A stretch of DNA of 46,467 nt from a virus (Duplodnaviria; Heunggongvirae; Uroviricota; Caudoviricetes), in the IMG/VR virus record IMGVR_UViG_2778261457_000007; one strand, given 5' to 3'. Made by a program: the position numbers and the translations under genes. Numbering within the stretch: position 1 is the first letter of the stretch; each line of letters begins with the position of its first letter. A model generated the notes under the pieces. The model searched no databases. It was not told where the DNA came from and saw nothing but the letters and a program-made list of their open reading frames with translations. This document shows positions 42,357 through 46,467 of the stretch, piece by piece.

Positions 42357-44828
42357 ATGAGTAAAGTCTTTATTTGCGCCGCTATTCCTGACGAACTGGC
42401 AACAAGGGAAGAAGGCGCTGTGGCTGTAGCCACAGCCATTGAAGCTGGCGACGAACGCCGTGCTCGAGCAAAATTTCACTGGCAATTCCTGGAACATTAT
42501 CCGGCTGCTCAGGACTGCGCTTATAAATTTATTGTCTGCGAGGATAAACCTGGCATACCCCGCCCTGCCCTCGATTCATGGGATGCTGAATATATGCAGG
42601 AAAACCGCTGGGATGAGGAGTCTGCTTCTTTTGTCCCGGTTGAGACTGAATCCGATCCGATGAACGTCACTTTTGACAAGCTGGCCCCTGAAGTACAGAA
42701 CGCTGTCATGGTTAAGTTCGACACATGTGAAAACATCACCGTTGATATGGTTATTAGCGCACAGGAATTGTTGCAGGAAGACATGGCAACATTCGACGGA
42801 CATATCGTTGAAGCGTTGATGAAAATGCCAGAAGTTAACGCCATGTATCCGGAGCTTAAGTTGCACGCCATTGGGTGGGTTAAGCATAAATGTATTCCTG
42901 GTGCTAAATGGCCCGAAATTCAGGCAGAGATGCGCATCTGGAAAAAACGTCGCGAAGGTGAACGCAAGGAAACCGGAAAATACACGTCTGTTGTTGATCT
43001 CGCCCGCGCCAGAGCCAATCAACAGTACACTGAAAATTCAACAGGAAAAATCAGCCCGGTCATTGCTGCCATTCATCGCGAATACAAGCAGACATGGAAA
43101 ACACTGGATGACGAACTGGCCTACGCTCTCTGGCCTGGTGATGTGGATGCCGGAAACATTGACGGCAGCATCCATCGCTGGGCAAAAAAAGAAGTTATCG
43201 ACAACGACCGCGAAGACTGGAAGCGTATCTCGGCATCAATGCGCAAACAGCCTGATGCCCTTCGCTACGACCGCCAAACTATTTTTGGCCTTGTCCGTGA
43301 GCGTCCGATCGACATTCACAAAGATCCCGTAGCACTGAACAAATATATCTGCGAATACCTGACGACAAAGGGCGTGTTTGAGAATGAAGAAACAGACCTG
43401 GGCACTGTTGATGTTCTCCAGTCATCAGAAACACAAACTGATGCAGTGGAAACTGAGGTATCTGATATCCCAAAAAATGAAACCGCGCCGGAAGCTGAAC
43501 CATCTGTAGAGCGTGAGGGGCCGTTCTATTTCCTCTTCGCAGATAAGGACGGAGAAAAATACGGTCGCGCAAACAAACTCTCTGGTCTGGATAATGCACT
43601 GGCTGCTGGCGCCACTGAAATCACAAAAGAAGAATATTTTGCCCGAAAAAATGGCACATACACGGGCTTACCGCAAAATGTAGATACCGCTGAAGATTCA
43701 GAACAACCAGAGCCGATAAAAGTTACCGCTGACGAAGTAAACAAAATTATGCAGGCAGCCAATATCAGCCAGCCTGACGCCGATAAGTTGCTTGCTGCAT
43801 CACGTGGTGAATTTGTTGAAGGGATTAGTGACCCGAATGATCCGAAATGGGTTAAGGGGCTCCAGACCCGCGATTCTGTGAACCAGAACCAGCATGAATC
43901 GGAACGGAACTACCAAAAAGCGGAACAAAACAGTCCAAATGCGTTACAAAACGAGCCAGAAACGAAACAGCCTGAACCAGTAGCGCAACAGGAAGTGGAA
44001 AAAGTCTGCACCGCCTGCGGTCAGACCGGCGGCGGCAACTGCCCTGATTGTGGCGCGGTGATGGGCGACGCAACATACCAAGAAACATTCGATGAAGAGT
44101 ATCAGGTTGAAGTTCAGGAAGATGATCCGGAGGAAATGGAAGGCGCTGAACATCCACACAAGGAGAACACTGGCGGCAATCAGCATCACAATAGCGATAA
44201 TGAAACTGGCGAGACGGCAGATCACCCAATTAAGGTGAACGGTCATCACGAAATCACATCCACCAGCAGGACGTGTGACCATCTAATGATCGACCTTGAA
44301 ACCATGGGAAAAAATCCTGATGCCCCGATCATCTCAATAGGTGCAATATTTTTCGATCCGCAAACCGGAGATATGGGACCGGAATTTAGTAAGACTATCG
44401 ATCTGGAAACTGCTGGCGGAGTCATTGATCGGGACACCATTAAATGGTGGCTTAAGCAATCACGCGAAGCGCAATCTGCCATTATGACCGATGAAATCCC
44501 GTTAGATGATGCACTGTTACAATTGCGAGAATTTATCGACGAAAACTCCGGTGAATTTTTTGTTCAGGTTTGGGGAAATGGAGCCAACTTCGACAACACG
44601 ATTTTGCGCCGTTCATACGAACGGCAGGGGATCCCCTGCCCGTGGCGTTACTACAACGATCGCGATGTACGCACAATCGTTGAGCTGGGGAAAGCCATAG
44701 ACTTCGATGCCAGAACGGCTATTCCATTCGAAGGTGAGCGCCATAATGCACTTGATGACGCCCGTTACCAGGCAAAATACGTTTCAGTTATCTGGCAAAA
44801 ACTGATCCCGAGTCAGGCTGATTCTTAA
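42357..44828 (+). CDS. large multidomain protein (YdfE-like) with zinc ribbon and C-terminal DEDDh 3'-5' exonuclease domain
   Basis: 823 aa from MSKVFICAAIPDELATREEG (GAGG upstream of the ATG); zinc ribbon CTACGQTGGGNCPDCG; exonuclease motifs MIDLET, WGNGANFD, HNALDDARY. Confidence 0.7.
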   Translation: MSKVFICAAIPDELATREEGAVAVATAIEAGDERRARAKFHWQFLEHYPAAQDCAYKFIVCEDKPGIPRPALDSWDAEYMQENRWDEESASFVPVETESDPMNVTFDKLAPEVQNAVMVKFDTCENITVDMVISAQELLQEDMATFDGHIVEALMKMPEVNAMYPELKLHAIGWVKHKCIPGAKWPEIQAEMRIWKKRREGERKETGKYTSVVDLARARANQQYTENSTGKISPVIAAIHREYKQTWKTLDDELAYALWPGDVDAGNIDGSIHRWAKKEVIDNDREDWKRISASMRKQPDALRYDRQTIFGLVRERPIDIHKDPVALNKYICEYLTTKGVFENEETDLGTVDVLQSSETQTDAVETEVSDIPKNETAPEAEPSVEREGPFYFLFADKDGEKYGRANKLSGLDNALAAGATEITKEEYFARKNGTYTGLPQNVDTAEDSEQPEPIKVTADEVNKIMQAANISQPDADKLLAASRGEFVEGISDPNDPKWVKGLQTRDSVNQNQHESERNYQKAEQNSPNALQNEPETKQPEPVAQQEVEKVCTACGQTGGGNCPDCGAVMGDATYQETFDEEYQVEVQEDDPEEMEGAEHPHKENTGGNQHHNSDNETGETADHPIKVNGHHEITSTSRTCDHLMIDLETMGKNPDAPIISIGAIFFDPQTGDMGPEFSKTIDLETAGGVIDRDTIKWWLKQSREAQSAIMTDEIPLDDALLQLREFIDENSGEFFVQVWGNGANFDNTILRRSYERQGIPCPWRYYNDRDVRTIVELGKAIDFDARTAIPFEGERHNALDDARYQAKYVSVIWQKLIPSQADS

Positions 44829-44900
44829 TGTTCAACTGTCGCCGGTTGTGACTGGTATTCTGCAACCGGCGCTCGTCTGATGTAAGAGATAAAGAAATCG

Positions 44901-45152
44901 ATGAGCGAAGTAATCATGATTGTCTCTCCCGGCAAATGGGTATCCGAAGAGCAGTTAATTGCGCTGAAAGGAATAAAAAAAGGTACGTTAAAAAAGGCCC
45001 GGGAAAAATCGTTTATGGAAGGAAGGGAATATAAGCATGTCGCTCATGACGGTATGCCATGGGATAACAGTCCATGCTTTTACAACCTGGAAGAAATTGA
45101 TCGCTGGATTGAGCGCCAGGCATCAGCGAGACCAAGACGTCATCTTACTTGA
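44901..45152 (+). CDS. excisionase-like protein
   Basis: 83 aa MSEVIMIVSPGKWVSEEQLIALKGIKKGTLKKAREKSFMEGREYKH...; immediately upstream of the integrase. Confidence 0.6.
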   Translation: MSEVIMIVSPGKWVSEEQLIALKGIKKGTLKKAREKSFMEGREYKHVAHDGMPWDNSPCFYNLEEIDRWIERQASARPRRHLT

Positions 45153-45186
45153 CTAAAAGTCACACTAACTAATGAGAGAAGTTGAA

Positions 45187-46467
45187 ATGAAATATCCGAC
45201 AGGCGTGGAAAACCATGGAGGGAAATTACGTATCTGGTTTGTTTATAAAGACGTAAGAGTCAGGGAAAATCTGGGGGTTCCTGACACAGCAAAAAACAGG
45301 CGCGTTGCAGGTGAACTACGCTCCTCTGTTTGTTACGCAATAAAAACTGGTGTTTTCGACTATGCAAAACAGTTTCCCTCCTCACGCAATCTGGAAAAAT
45401 TTGGTGAGGCCCGACAAGATTTAACCATAAAAGAACTGGCTGAAAAATTTCTGGCACTGAAAGAAACTGAAGTCGCCAAAACATCACTCAACACATACCG
45501 TGCCGTCATCAAAAATATCCTGAGCATAATCGGTGAAAAAAATCTTGCCTCATCGATTAATAAAGAAAAATTACTGGAGGTTCGTAAAGAGTTACTGACT
45601 GGATACCAGATCCCCAAAAGTAACTATATTGTTACACAACCAGGGAGATCGGCTGTAACTGTAAATAATTACATGACAAATCTTAACGCCGTGTTCCAGT
45701 TTGGTGTTGATAACGGTTACCTGGCAGATAATCCGTTTAAGGGGATCTCGCCATTAAAGGAATCAAGAACCATTCCGGATCCTCTTTCGCGGGAAGAATT
45801 TATCCGTCTTATCGATGCGTGCAGAAATCAGCAAGCAAAAAATTTATGGTGTGTTTCTGTTTATACTGGAGTTCGCCCTGGTGAGCTGTGTGCACTTGGA
45901 TGGGAGGACATAGATCTGAAAAATGGAACAATGATGATCAGGAGAAATTTAGCAAAAGACCGTTTCACGGTACCAAAAACACAGGCGGGAACCAATCGGG
46001 TCATTCATCTTATTAAGCCAGCAATCGACGCTCTCCGGAGTCAGATGACATTAACGAGACTGAGCAAAGAGCATATCATTGATGTTCACCTCAGAGAGTA
46101 TGGCAGAACAGAAAAACAAAAATGCACCTTTGTTTTTCAACCTGAAGTGTCAGCGAGAGTAAAAAATTATGGTGACCATTTTACCGTTGACTCAATAAGG
46201 CAGATGTGGGACGCAGCGATAAAACGTGCCGGACTCCGCCATCGAAAATCATATCAGTCGAGACATACTTATGCCTGCTGGTCGCTGACAGCTGGTGCTA
46301 ACCCGGCATTTATAGCAAACCAGATGGGCCATGCAGATGCGCAAATGGTATTTCAGGTATACGGAAAATGGATGTCTGAAAACAATAATGCACAGGTAGC
46401 TTTGTTAAATACACAGTTAAGCGAGTTTGCCCCAACCATGCCCCATAACGAAGCAATGAAAAATTAA
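45187..46467 (+). CDS. tyrosine recombinase / phage integrase
   Basis: MKYPTGVENHGGKLRIWFVY...; catalytic-domain features (RHTYACW, terminal VYGKW); start ambiguous between 45172 and 45187; stop at the window end. Confidence 0.8.
   Translation: MKYPTGVENHGGKLRIWFVYKDVRVRENLGVPDTAKNRRVAGELRSSVCYAIKTGVFDYAKQFPSSRNLEKFGEARQDLTIKELAEKFLALKETEVAKTSLNTYRAVIKNILSIIGEKNLASSINKEKLLEVRKELLTGYQIPKSNYIVTQPGRSAVTVNNYMTNLNAVFQFGVDNGYLADNPFKGISPLKESRTIPDPLSREEFIRLIDACRNQQAKNLWCVSVYTGVRPGELCALGWEDIDLKNGTMMIRRNLAKDRFTVPKTQAGTNRVIHLIKPAIDALRSQMTLTRLSKEHIIDVHLREYGRTEKQKCTFVFQPEVSARVKNYGDHFTVDSIRQMWDAAIKRAGLRHRKSYQSRHTYACWSLTAGANPAFIANQMGHADAQMVFQVYGKWMSENNNAQVALLNTQLSEFAPTMPHNEAMKN

Overview
The window is almost entirely one lambdoid prophage, read right-to-left relative to the phage map. 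From high to low coordinates: integrase and excisionase-like genes (+ strand); a large exonuclease-like gene; a Qin-type early region (ydfD, dicB, dicF sRNA, ydfCBA, dicA/dicC switch); a replication initiator with internal iterons; a small methyltransferase-like gene; a DDE transposase insertion; flxA with a sigma-28 promoter; the relB-relE-hokD toxin-antitoxin operon; a DUF968/HNH-like gene; antiterminator Q with late promoter and terminator; cold-shock genes; a phage-21-type lysis cassette (pinholin, SAR endolysin, nested spanins); cos; and a lambda-like head and tail module from nu1 to stf and tfa, ending in a partial IS3 at the window start. The morphogenesis proteins closely match phage lambda as I recall them, with two exceptions: tail gene L is disrupted by an internal deletion and frameshift, and the C-terminal part of J diverges. 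All identifications rest on reading the six-frame translations and on recalled protein sequences; no database search was run. I found no single clear-cut new system; the best candidates for follow-up are the broken L gene, the iteron origin, the DicA operator set, the compact methyltransferase locus and the transposase-flanked segment of short ORFs.
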